Positions 1-12,840 of a stretch of DNA of 64,000 nucleotides are shown here, piece by piece. A model generated the notes under the pieces. The model was not told the origin of the DNA. It was given only the letters and a program-made list of their open reading frames with translations, and searched no databases. The stretch's first letter is position 1, and every line of letters begins with the position of its first letter. This DNA comes from Octopus bimaculoides (Eukaryota), in the NCBI RefSeq assembly GCF_001194135.2, contig NC_068988.1:33063749-33127748 (forward strand). The letters are read 5' to 3'. A program made the position numbers and the translations under genes.

Positions 1-88
1 CTAATGCCAGTAAAGTATTTGGGTTGATTACATCAACTTATCCCCTACCCATAAACTGCTGGTCTTTTGCTAGAATGTGAAATCAATA
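1..88 (+). mobile_element. 3' part of a tRNA-derived SINE, cut by the window start
   Basis: Resembles the 3' half of the SINE at 16876-17094 (GGG-T-GAT-TA-AT-ACT...CCCCT...AAA...GC-GG-CTTT-TGC-AGAA pattern); diverged. Confidence 0.45.
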
Positions 89-299
89 TTTATAAGTGTT
101 CTGTTATGGTTTTATGAGAGGGATTTTCTCCCTTACATTAAGGGATAGTATTCCCATAATACTGGGACGCATAAGGTATTCACTTGACTTGTCGCATTGA
201 CTTTTGTTCTCCTTAAAACATAATAACCGAACAATCTCCATATACTGAGATTCTCTGTTTCAACAATTATTTAATCATTTTGTTATTTGTGTAAAGCGC

Positions 300-948
300 A
301 TCTGACTTACCACTTAACCGGGAAATTCGATATTGTTTCAAGCCGATCCAGCTAGTTTTCTTGAACGTTTACTAAGCCAAGGTGAGTGTTAGCTTCTTCA
401 CTTTGAACCAGAGTCAAATAGACAATCCATGTAGTAGAAACACCGCTGCGCATCTGTTTCAAAGTAGGCTGAGGTCGTTTCATCTGCAAGGAAGGTGATT
501 GCCTCCACATTTTGGAACGCAATACGCGTTGTGTTTCTTGAATTTCTTCAAAAGGTCCACACTATAAATGAGGAGGACTACACAAACTTACTAAGACGAA
601 AGTCTATCAAAATGACCCAAAAGAAATTAGACAAGGGATCTCGTTTTATCAAGAGAATGCCTCAGCACACAAGTCATTGCTTTCAATGGCTGTTGTGCGT
701 GACACAGTCTTCGAACTGGTTGAATATACTCCATATTCACCTGATCGTCCCTATATGACTACCACCTCTTCCCTAAAATTACAAAACAACACATTACCGG
801 GAAGCAGTGCCGCACTGACAATGACATCATATCTACTGTTGATGACATTTTTGACCAAGATAATTTCAGCTTCTTCACCAACATGCTCCGTTCACTATCA
901 CCGATAGAAGAAGTGTGTGGACTGCAAGGTGGACTGTTTCGAAAAATG
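300..948 (+). mobile_element. Decayed mariner transposase, catalytic and C-terminal part
   Basis: Frames give LFQADPASFLERLLSQGEC*LLHFEPE, KVIASTFWNAIRVVFLEFLQKVHTINEEDY, VFELVEYTPYSPD (YSPDL motif) and KCVDCKVDCFEK*; contains stops and frameshifts. Confidence 0.9.
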
Positions 949-3900
949 ATCCTCATTTTGTCAATTTCCATGAAAGAACCTTGGTCAACCAATGAACTGT
1001 TTAGCCGCCTGTTGTAATATGCTGTGTTTATGCTCTGATTGTTTTGTTTTGATTAAATCAGTTAACAGAGTTCCAGGCTACAAAGTTCTGGTCATCAAAC
1101 ATCCGATGAGCATTACATGAACTAATGACAACTCTGCCTTTTCATGGTGTACCTCATTACGTTTAATTTATATTTATTATATTTTCACCACGTATCTCGA
1201 TTGTTTTGATAAACATCTATGTAATGTTACCATTTTGTCTTCTGCAGTGTTTTGTGCGATGTGTTTGAATGTTTTAGTGTCAATTGTGTTGCACATTGAA
1301 CGCATTGGTGTTGCTTGTTAAAGATTTAATGATTTTATTTGGCAATATTTCGTTGTTGCTTTGGTCATATCCCTCTAATTTCGTTTGATATATGCTATCT
1401 ATTTATTTTATGGAAATGTGATGTAACCAATTGTCGGTCGGAAGTCACGTGTATGAAATCGGGACACTATTGTTATTGAATCTGTGAGTCACATTTTCTG
1501 CACTTGTCCTTCTTGCATATTATAATTTTCTTTTACAGCTTAAATTTAGTTTGCTAACTACAGGTTACTGTAGCGGCAGATAATATTTCATGAGAAGCGT
1601 TTTAAGAAGTCGAAAGATAACATGATGCTCATAGTTCTGAGACATGTATAAGCACAAAGATTTCTATTAGTTAAGACAATATACTTTCAGAGTTACATTC
1701 GTAAATATTAGTGATTGAATGTACTTGTTCGAAACTCGCACTTGTAGCGGATAGATTTAAGCATTTCTTGCTGACATCAAATATTCGCCTCAAGGACAAT
1801 GCTATTTATTTATATTTTATTTCCTTGTCTTTTTTTTTTTTTTGCTAAGATTTATTTCGGATATCCAGAGTTTTAATACTTTTCGCTAGAATTCACCAGC
1901 TTGTCCACATTTGAAGTACAATGTACATTCATATGCCTCTTCACACACTGTACGTTTTACATTTCGTCAGATTGTTCGTGTCAATACATATATCATAATC
2001 CGTGTACAATCGTAACTAACTTTTAAATTCTCATTATTTTCCCGTAAGTCTGCTTGGGTGCAGAGACGTATTTCATTCTATACAATTTTCTCTTTTAATA
2101 CAAAGGGGAAAAATAAGTGATTTTCGAGCATTTTATTCTACTGGATGTTTGCGGTTTTGTGTTCTCTAATAAAGTTGGTCTTCCTTCGATATCAGTTTCC
2201 CACTTTTATAATATCGGTGTAATTTGTCGACGATCTTTTTACCGACAAATAGATCCCAATGCCATGCTAATTCCTTCAATTGCTTTCTTTCCAGAAATCG
2301 TATGTAGGATATTCGTGGTTACATGTATATAAGTAGTTATCTAATGTAAATTTTGTATGATTATTGACATGCCGTTATCGAGTAACGCCATCTTTTCCTC
2401 ATAGGTTGATCGATAGTTATAAAATAATTAATTAGTGTATCTTATTAGTGTAAAATGTATGGTGTATATGATAGTATCTGTTAGTGTTATGACATTGCAT
2501 TAAATATCATTGACAGACGGAGGGAAATACCATTTGGTTATCTTAGAGATGAGGTGGGATGTCCAATGATATAATTGAGAAATAGATATTTGGGGATTAA
2601 TCTCATCAATCACTGAGAGTAAACTTTTTGTTCAAAACTGAATATGCTGTATATTCTACAATAAACAAACGCCTTCAAAAGTATAAACTATTTCCANNNN
2701 NNNNNNNNNNNNNNNNNNNNNNNNNNNNNNNNNNNNNNNNNNNNNNNNNNNNNNNNNNNNNNNNNNNNNNNNNNNNNNNNNNNNNNNNNNNNNNNNNNNN
2801 NNNNNNNNNNNNNNNNNNNNNNNNNNNNNNNNNNNNNNNNNNNNNNNNNNNNNNNNNNNNNNNNNNNNNNNNNNNNNNNNNNNNNNNNNNNNNNNNNNNN
2901 NNNNNNNNNNNNNNNNNNNNNNNNNNNNNNNNNNNNNNNNNNNNNNNNNNNNNNNNNNNNNNNNNNNNNNNNNNNNNNNNNNNNNNNNNNNNNNNNNNNN
3001 NNNNNNNNNNNNNNNNNNNNNNNNNNNNNNNNNNNNNNNNNNNNNNNNNNNNNNNNNNNNNNNNNNNNNNNNNNNNNNNNNNNNNNNNNNNNNNNNNNNN
3101 NNNNNNNNNNNNNNNNNNNNNNNNNNNNNNNNNNNNNNNNNNNNNNNNNNNNNNNNNNNNNNNNNNNNNNNNNNNNNNNNNNNNNNNTATATATATATAC
3201 ATATGTATGCATACGTATATATATATATATATATGTCTGTGTGTGTATGTATACATCTGCTTATGTTAATTTGAACAAAAGTCGAGATACGTTTTTAAAA
3301 GCTCCTATGCCTCATGTCGTCTACCACATGATTATTCCATCTCCTGTGTAATCCCATGTTATGGGTATATATTTGAAATTCCTTTCCTCTTAGGATAAAT
3401 GTAATAATAACAATAACAACACGAAGATAGAAATTCGTCGATTTTGATTATGCATTGTAACGTATATTTCTATATCACACACTATCATTAGGTTGCAAGC
3501 TTTCTTATTCATTTGACATTATTTACCATTTCCTCTTAAAATTACTATTTAAGATTACATTTATAGCGTTGATGCTTCTTCAGGCGGGGTACTACTGAAG
3601 TATTGTGAGACATATTTAATGACCTTGAAGGCACACACCATTTACATCAGTCAAATTATTTCATTTTATTGATATGTGAACTTACGATTAACGAAAAGAA
3701 AGAAAGTAACCCAAAAACGCAGAAATTTTAGTGATCAAAAGATTGTTTGCGGCCGCACCTAAGATAAATTGATTTCATGGAGAACACAACGCACCGCCGG
3801 GTCCGTGATCCAAATCCATCGAAACGTGTGTACTATACCTAATACTTAGTTCTCCCCACACACGCACACACGTATCAATCCAAATATGTAATATTTACGG

Positions 3901-5431
3901 ATTTTTGCGTCGCTAGAAAATACTTCGGTCACTACAGAATTGGGAAATGGAATTCTTATTTTACTATTACTTACGATGCTGCAAATTGAAATGGAAATGC
4001 AACGTATGCAATTTTTTGAACAGAAAAAAGAGCATAAAAGCAACTGCTAAGTGAAAATACATCAGAAAGGACGTGAAAAGAAATACATAAGTGAATAAAT
4101 AAGTAGTCGACAATATCTTATTTTCAAGCTCTCACATCATTGCTAATGTTCATTTTTGCATGATAGCTGGCGGTGCACTGGGAGCTATAAAGAGAAAGAG
4201 AACCAGCAGGTTCTTCACTGTTATTATCAGTATGATTTTCCTCTACAAGAGTGAAGACGTTGACTGAAATTTTTAGCTAACTTTTGCATTGTTTTTTTTT
4301 AATTAATCTCCTTCAGTAATAACGGTCTTCATCTTTCAGGATGCCTGTGATGTTAATGCACTAAAAATTGTTGTTCCTCTTAAATGTTCAGAACACAGCT
4401 GTACTAGCTTGTTAATTTTCCGTCGCTATTTACACATTCTGTTTTCTGCTTAGCATATCAACATAATTATGTGCAACGTTTGCGTGAATAACAATTATAT
4501 TCACTCTGATAATCAGCTTGCAATTTCAAGTGTTCTTCCATATAAGCGTCACATCCAATTATAAAGGAAAATATACACACGGACGCACGAACGCGTGCGC
4601 ACACACGCACACACACACACATACACACACACACATACACACACACACATGCACAGACACGCATGCACGCACACACGCACGCACTAACATACATAATTTT
4701 ACGTGGTAGTTACAAAAGCACGTGACCTATTTTTTAATTTATTGTCACTGTTACTCCTACGATTGCATTTGTTTTTTGTCTTTCAGTATGGCTGTGTTTC
4801 TATCCTGAAAAATAATCATTCTATCAGGTTTAATGTCCAACGCAATCATTTTAAGAATCTTTATTGCATTACGTATTTTACTTCCACTTGGCGTTTTCCT
4901 TCATGACAAATTATATCTCGGTAATGTTCAATGGCTTACAAGGTGGTACTTAGAACCAACAGGGGCACAGTCAGACGAACAGTTACACAGCAAATATTAA
5001 AACGTTCAAAATCGAAGCAGTACAGTCTAACGTTTACAAATATAATTGGTAGGCAACTTCTGAGACAAAACTATTATTTAAATATTTAAAACGACAAGGT
5101 ATGCAATGGAAGGTGCAGCTATTTTATAGGAATTAGATGCTGTCGCACGTAGGGTGAGTTTTTGCATAGTTGCACACTTTTTGCATAGTTGCACACGTTT
5201 TGCTGGCGCTAACGTCGGTAGAATTGTTGCAAGCATAAAAGGTATGAGAAATATTTGGATGTGGAACTGCTGTAGAAATTCATTTTGTGCTATCATATTA
5301 AATAATTAATTGATTTTAATTTTATGTACGGTCAGATTAAGTATCCAGAAATTAGTAGTGAATCCTAGCAATTTTCCTAAGCACGCGCTATTGTAACACA
5401 AGTTTGCAAAATCACGGCGTTGTCTAACTGC

Positions 5432-5474
<43 letters not shown>

Positions 5475-6071
5475 ATGTATGAGTGTGTGTGAGTATGTGT
5501 GTGTGTAATCTGCGTATTTGGGGTTATAGATTTATGTTTTGTATGAATATAACATTATGTATAAGACTTGTGCTTAAGAATATTCATCATATATATTGTT
5601 GCAGTTTGTAGTGGTTAATAACCTGCATGCAAACAACCCATCAAATAATGAACGCAATTTCTAAAATATATTTAATGTTAGACTTGTAAAATTATTACTT
5701 ACATGATTGTTTCTGCACGAAACTGAAATCAGATGAAAATCATGTACGAACATCAACGAATATTTGCTTTCATATGTTTTACCAAAGTAAGTTTTATGAA
5801 GTGAATGTTAAATACATTTAAATAATTGTAGTTTTTTGCAGCAAACTTAGCAAGAATTAATTGTAATTTATCTCGATTATAAAATGAGATATTTCAAATT
5901 AAGCTTGTGAGAATCTGTCAAGAGAATTGGCACATATATTGTAGCATAATTTTAAATATTCTGTTCTACTTGGAATGCATGACATATCTAAAAGATCAGA
6001 CTTTCAAAGTATTTAATTTTGCACTGTATCCAGAAAGTTTTAATTTTCTTCATCGCCTTAAAGTGGGAGTA

Positions 6072-6124
<53 letters not shown>

Positions 6125-7596
6125 AAATAAAAATACAACTACAGAAGCCACAATACAAACTAAATCAGCAAACAAACTTGCCTGTGTCTAGGTTACGTAT
6201 AAAAATCATGGAAAATATCACCCGAGTAGTATCCCATCTACAGCAGAAGAAAAACGTTATATAACCCGATTTAGAACACTCGGAATATATACTAGAACGC
6301 GAATGGTAGAGGTGAAATACCAAATACCAATCCGAAAGGAAAGAGAGAAAATGGGAATGTAATAAAAATATTCCTTCAAAGCTTTAATCTTTGAGGAGAC
6401 TTCACTGGAATACAATACACACAAAACATCTCACAACAACGCTGCAACGAATACCATGACTACTATCAACACCATCATCACTACCCACCAACATTAACAC
6501 AGTGTTCTTCAAAATTTCATACAATACAAATATTACCATGGCAATCAAATACACGTACATGAAAAATATCCCAAACAATCAAAACAAAAACTACGTGGAC
6601 ATGGACGAAAAAAAACCCCGAAGTATTGATAAACGAAATATATCCATTTCGTTTCTTCATGACATTACATAAGAATAATCATCCAATCTTTTAAAAGTCA
6701 ACATAGGAAACTAAAAACAAAATGTCCTGTGAGAATTCAGAATTTCGAGGGTCAGTACACACAGTAATTACAAATCTTAATAGTGTAAACACACACAAAA
6801 AAAAAAAAACAATTGCTGACCTTAATTCTTTTTTCTAAATTAATGAAGCACGAATATGTGTACATTTTGACCCGTGGCATACAAAACAATTCCATGGTAT
6901 TATTTGTAGTGACGTGGCTTGATAAAGTGTCTCAGATATCTGAGACACGAAGAGGTGCTGAAAAGTTCGTAGAATGTGTTAAAAAATACAGGTGAATCAG
7001 TTAATTATGATTCTCACACTTATTGCGGAGGCCCTTCCTTTTAGCTAAGAACTTTAAAAGTACTGAGGAAATTGGACCTCCAACAGCGTATTTTGCGATA
7101 CCCGTAAAGCAAGAAGCTTTTCAACACCAGTCCGTATGTGAGATGACGATAGACCACGGTTACAGAATTCACAAAAAGTGTCTGTGAGGCATTACCAAGA
7201 TTTTTCTTGCAATAGAGGAGGTAGATTCCAGTTCATACAAAGAGGTCATATGCGATTTGTAACTATGAAAAAAGTATATATATAAGTAAAAATAGAAATA
7301 AGTGACATGAGAAGGACATAATGAATGAAAGAACTGACAGCGTTCGAAGAGCTATCGGAGAAACTTTATGTAAAACCTAGTTCTATATTGTTAAATCTCT
7401 CAACGAGGAATTAACAGTAACTGCATGCAAACGTGAAGTATATTTGCCACTTAAATGCGGCTAAACCCTAAGAGGGAATGTTACTGTAGGTTTTAGCCCC
7501 AGGAGAACATCTCCAGCTAGCTATTGACACACTTTTTGTGCCCTGTCGGTATTTGCAAAGGGAAGTCATCCTTCCCATCGTCGATTTGACTTGATA

Positions 7597-7642
7597 CGCA
7601 CGGATCAGGGTTTCTGGGTATATACCCTTCGTCAGCGTACGA
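7597..7642 (-). ncRNA. Type I hammerhead ribozyme-like motif (PLE pseudo-LTR type)
   Basis: Minus strand reads CGTACG-CTGACGA-A-GGGTATATACCC-A-GAAAC-CCTG-ATC-CGTGCG: intact core boxes, helix II and helix I; helix III is imperfect. Confidence 0.55.
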
Positions 7643-7919
7643 CAATCACCGATCTTCGATGCGAATGGCTCCCAATGCAAATACATATATCCTTTTTCCA
7701 GTGACGAAAATTAACTGATCTCGAAAAAGTGTAAACAAGCAATGTTAAATCTCTGAACGAGGTATAAACAGTAACTGCACGACAACGTTGTGAGTGTATT
7801 TCATAAACACAATCTTGTGAGTGCATTTCATAAACAAAAAACTTATAGAAGACCGTCATCATGTAGAACCGTTAATCCCTATACATTCTTTTCTCTCTCT
7901 GTTTTTTCACCATTTAACA

Positions 7920-7955
7920 CATCCTGTCGAGGAGCGTAGGCTCGAAAAGTCAAAG
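7920..7955 (+). ncRNA. Degenerate hammerhead-like motif in a probable pseudo-LTR remnant
   Basis: CTGTCGA-G-GAGC-GTAG-GCTC-GAAAAGTC: helix II GAGC/GCTC sits between core-like boxes, with substitutions in the core and in helix III. Confidence 0.4.
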
Positions 7956-8119
7956 ACTTTTCTATTCTTTCCAAGCGTTAAATTAATACACCTGCTTCTT
8001 GGTCCTTCACATGTAAATTCGAACTATATGTGTATGTGTGAATGTGTATACATATGCACGGTCGTGTTTATGGCTGCCTGTTTCTTTGTCCGTTATTTTT
8101 TCTATCTTTGTCATCCGCC

Positions 8120-8290
8120 ACAGCTTTATGACAGGCTTTGGTGTGTTTACCTCTCTGTAACGTAGTGGTACAGCAAAAGGACATGAGTTACATAATACCA
8201 GTTTAAAAAAAAAACACACAAATGCTGGGTTCGATTCGTTCATCTAACCTTCTTCAAGTAATGCACTAATCATGTACGAAGCATGCACTG
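8120..8290 (+). mobile_element. SINE 3' fragment
   Basis: GGTGTGTTTAC...GTAACGTAGTGGTACAGCAAAAG resembles the tails of the SINEs at 46250-46320 and 54790-54850. Confidence 0.45.
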
Positions 8291-9593
8291 ATCAATCACA
8301 AATTTTTTGAAAGACAAATCTTGAAACGTGGCGGAAGTTGAACTCAGAAAGGAAAGAGTCTCAAGATATATCGCTGAGCACTTTGTCGAATGGGCTAATA
8401 GTACTGTCAATGTAGTCTTAACAATAAATTACTGTGTTAATTACGTATATTGAAACAACATATATAATGCATGATTGACTGTATTCCTTTCAATTTTTAT
8501 AGCTATTAAACAGATCTATGAATGAATATACTTCATGTTCTAACCACTCACTGAACATCATATTTTTCCTATAAGAAGAATAAATTAATGGGATAAAAGG
8601 TATTTGTAAACTTAATCTGGCTTTTATAAAACATATGTAGCCATAAATCCTGTAATCTATGTCTACGATATTTCATCGTCAATCGAATTGAAAGAAAAAA
8701 ACGAATGATTTTGTTCTCTTATTGCCAAATGTTATTCTTATTGAAATAGCAATCATTATTGTATGTGAAATGTATTCATATTCTTGGGAATTTTCTTTTT
8801 TACGTTATTTTCTATTCATTCTCGTTTCCATTAAACGAAGGAAAGACTGACTTTATTAATGCATGGGATTTCCAGCTAAATCTTTCAATGTAGCTGAAGT
8901 CACGTACGTTGAAGTCAATGTGACATTGCATATATTTAGTGTGAGATTAGATTATAAGTCGGCATATGTTATTAGTTTGTGTCGTGGGTCAATGATCCAC
9001 GTTTAAGCTAGCCATACATTGTTTTACACAAAAAACATACGGACGTGTGTGTTTATGTGTGCGTGCATGTGTATCTATGCTTGTTGTATAAATTTTGCAC
9101 TGAACGGAGCAATTAAATATTTCGAGGAATTTTTCAACGAATTCTCAAAATATCGTTCTTAATTTCGGGCTTCAACACAAGTCTAGTTATAGAAATAAGA
9201 AAGCTAACACAATAAAAATGACAATCACATATATATGACAAACAGAATGAGTTAGAACATATGTTTTAGGGATTCGTTTCATTTATTGTTAAAAATTATT
9301 CTGTCAAGAGTTTCAACGGTTATAGGGTGATGTAGAAACCAGAAACAGTTTGTGATTTAGAGAGGGAGACACCATAAAGAGTACAATTTTAAATCCAAAC
9401 AGGTTAAATATTCCATCAAGTAAACTACAATGAGTATTCAACATGAATTTATATCTTCCTGGGAACTTTTACTCTTGGATATATGTTAGCGGTTTGGGAG
9501 CACTAGACAAACAAACATATAACTATGTGTATATATAAACACGTACACAGACATACACATATACATGTATATTCATACATACATGGTTACATG

Positions 9594-9635
<42 letters not shown>

Positions 9636-10048
9636 NNNNNNNNNNNNNNNNNNNNNNNNNNNNNNNNNNNNNNNNNNNNNNNNNNNNNNNNNNNNNNNNN
9701 NNNNNNNNNNNNNNNNNNNNNNNNNNNNNNNNNNNNNNNNNNNNNNNNNNNNNNNNNNNNNNNNNNNNNNNNNNNNNNNNNNNNNNNNNNNNNNNNNNNN
9801 NNNNNNNNNNNNNNNNNNNNNNNNNNNNNNNNNNNNNNNNNNNNNNNNNNNNNNNNNNNNNNNNNNNNNNNNNNNNNNNNNNNNNNNNNNNNNNNNNNNN
9901 NNNNNNNNNNNNNNNNNNNNNNNNNNNNNNNNNNNNNNNNNNNNNNNNNNNNNNNNNNNNNNNNNNNNNNNNNNNNNNNNNNNNNNNNNNNNNNNNNNNN
10001 NNNNNNNNNNNNNNNNNNNNNNNNNNNNNNNNNNNNNNNNNNNNNNNN

Positions 10049-10530
10049 ATCGTTAAAACGGCTCTTCACATGGACCGCAAATTAAATTTGTATACACAAA
10101 TTAAATCTTGCCATGGAGGAATGTAGTGGCGGACAAAAAACAAGACAGGAAAACAAACAGAAAAGGCTTTACGGCTAGACGAGAAAAAATATGTGTATGA
10201 ACGCTGTGAGGCACGAACTTGAAAGGGACGAAGTAGTTCGCGTGTTTGCTCGCTGATAGCCAAGGAAGAAAAGGATTATTGACCGGAATCATGTGACCAT
10301 GCCGCTGTAAGGGGAAGAGAGAGATAGGTAAATGATAGGCTTGCCTCAACCCTTCATGGGCAGTCTGAAGCATCCAAGCAACCAGGGGATGTTTAAATCC
10401 GGAGGCACTCCTGGGAATCACCTGTGCGGGTACATAACATCCACAATGACTCATTACATAACCTCCACATTCTTGGGAATAGAAATTTCCCTTATGAATT
10501 TCTTTACACACTCAATTATTGATAACATTC
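10049..10530 (-). mobile_element. Probable PLE pseudo-LTR / 3' region, truncated by an assembly gap
   Basis: Pyrimidine-rich minus strand ending in GTGAAGA-GCCGTT-TT-AACG at the gap edge, consistent with a hammerhead core plus most of helix II. Confidence 0.4.
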
Positions 10531-11410
10531 TTGTAAAAGAGTGTTATCCCTTTTTGAATTTATTAATCAAATATTTACACGGAATATATTCAATGCTGAA
10601 TTTTTATTCCTGTCTCCACACGTGTACCCAAAAGCAACCCGGAAGTATTCCCGCTTCTATGATGAAGACATATACAGATAAACTTCATTCCCTTTGCTCT
10701 GTCGGATGCGTAGTGTGTTCGTTTTTGGTGAGGTGAGAATTCTGTTTATTTATATATATTTTTGGAACAATACTATGCTGATGAACGAAATCTAGATTCA
10801 TTCTAGTAATCGCGAAATCGGTCGATACACAGTTAAGTTTATTTATGAGAAAGTCGGTCGTCTTCTGTTGGTTGTTTTTCCTCGCATTAGGTACTAAATG
10901 TGATTATTTTGAGAAGTCCACTGTGTGGCGTTATTATTTTTTTCTGTAATAATGCCCTTTATATAAATATAAACGAATAATTATATTCTTGGGAATATAA
11001 ATTTTCCTTATGATTTTTTTTTACACACTGGCTTCTTGATAAAATTCNNNNNNNNNNNNNNNNNNNNNNNNNNNNNNNNNNNNNNNNNNNNNNNNNNNNN
11101 NNNNNNNNNNNNNNNNNNNNNNNNNNNNNNNNNNNNNNNNNNNNNNNNNNNNNNNNNNNNNNNNNNNNNNNNNNNNNNNNNNNNNNNNNNNNNNNNNNNN
11201 NNNNNNNNNNNNNNNNNNNNNNNNNNNNNNNNNNNNNNNNNNNNNNNNNNNNNNNNNNNNNNNNNNNNNNNNNNNNNNNNNNNNNNNNNNNNNNNNNNNN
11301 NNNNNNNNNNNNNNNNNNNNNNNNNNNNNNNNNNNNNNNNNNNNNNNNNNNNNNNNNNNNNNNNNNNNNNNNNNNNNNNNNNNNNNNNNNNNNNNNNNNN
11401 NNNNNNNNNN

Positions 11411-11445
<35 letters not shown>

Positions 11446-11499
11446 ATATATATATATATACACGCACAGGAATGTATAGAGTAAAAGATGTTTTCTTAA

Positions 11500-11600
11500 A
11501 CACAGTCCCATTGCGTGGTACCTTCGCAAATGTTTTCTTTTAGAGCTCAGGGTCTAAGGTTTGTGAGTTGACATGGTAGATGGAAGCTAAAAGTATCCCA
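11500..11600 (+). mobile_element. SINE internal fragment running into a (TG/TA)n tract
   Basis: Similar to the segments at 54650-54730 and 45985-46070 (TTTGTGAG...GGTAGATGGAAGCTAAAAG then microsatellite). Confidence 0.4.
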
Positions 11601-11929
11601 TCTTATATATATGTGTGTGCGTGTATGTGTGTGTGTGTGTGTATATGTATGTGTATGTGTGTGTATGTGTGTGTATGTATATGTGTATGTGTGTGTATGA
11701 GTGTATGTGTGTGTATGTGTGAGTGTTTTCTTTCATGTATGTGTGAACCGTAAATGTCAGGTGGGATGAGATGCAACAATGAATTTATTGATTCTCGTGA
11801 CAGTATTAGAATTACAAATGTTTCGCGAACTTCTTGTAGTATTGCGTGTGGAAGAATATATTCTTTCATGCTTGCACTGCTTAACATGCTCAACAGTATT
11901 CGATGTCATTATATATTCCCAAATCAATG

Positions 11930-12840
11930 CAAATAATGAAAGCTGACTCGTAGGTTCACAAAAACTTTATAGTTACACCAAGGATTTCACTTCATACATA
12001 GAATGTGTGGAAGGCAGAAGCTGAATGCTATTAGGTTGGTTTGTTCAGGAGAATCGAAGATGAGAGGGCTGTTTATGCCGTATATGACAAGAGAGATACG
12101 TTCGACGAGTGCCAAGTGTTCCTTAAACAAGTCAAAGCACCAAGAGGCTGAACTACTTATATCAAGACCGAAATGTAGACCGAAGGCTTGACAGATGGCT
12201 ATACGGGGATCGGAATTTGATTTCAACAGTCATGCATACTAAATCTCCAACAAAAGTGAGGGCGCCTAAGAGATATCAGCTACAAGGGAGGTCTCGTCCC
12301 ACCTAATTTTTTTCAGCGGGCTTAAAAGTAAATGCGACTCTACATACCTATATTTTTGGAGAAGCATCGGAGGCCTGGATAGAATGAATACGTGACATAA
12401 TTTTGTAGATTCCCCAGCAAAGCTCTGCGTTGTTTCATAAGATTGAGCCAAGCGAAGCGTGGATGTGTTCCAATCTCCATGATCAGTTTCTCCCAGACAA
12501 ATATGTTTCAATCGCATCAAACCTCAATCCAATAGACTATTACGTATGGGACGTACATGAAGGATAAGTTAATCAACGTGTCTTTAACTCTATGCAGCCA
12601 CTCAAGTCCCCCACATCCTGCACTTCGTCCAAATTTGATAATGATTGTCTGCTTCTGGCATGTCTTCCGACCCGCCTTGCAGTCACTAATGACAACGCTG
12701 GATTCATCGAATAGGTGTGATAAAATCATTCTCAAGATTACTTATACCGATTTCTTTTCAAATAGAGTTTTCCTTTGATGAGCTATGTATCTTTATTTAA
12801 TTTCACAAAAATGAACTAAAGCAATCTGAGACATCCTGTG
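11930..12840 (+). mobile_element. Decayed maT/DD37D-like Tc1-mariner transposase
   Basis: Frames give RGLFMPYMTREIRSTSAKCSLNKSKHQE, DRNVDRRLDRWLYGD..STVMHTKSPTKV, LKVNA, SNLNPIDYYVWDV and AGFIE*; ends near a CATCCTGT TIR-like tip. Confidence 0.8.

Noticed and set aside
5070-5425. Possible Helitron-like 3' end (CACGGCGTTGTCTAACTGCTAT) and a 19-bp tandem duplication near 5160-5200
   Set aside because: Only half of the expected hairpin is visible and the terminus is CTAT; too weak to call.
6125-6730. A/C-rich segment after (ACT)n resembling PLE sense-strand composition
   Set aside because: No convincing RT, linker or GIY-YIG motif in any frame.
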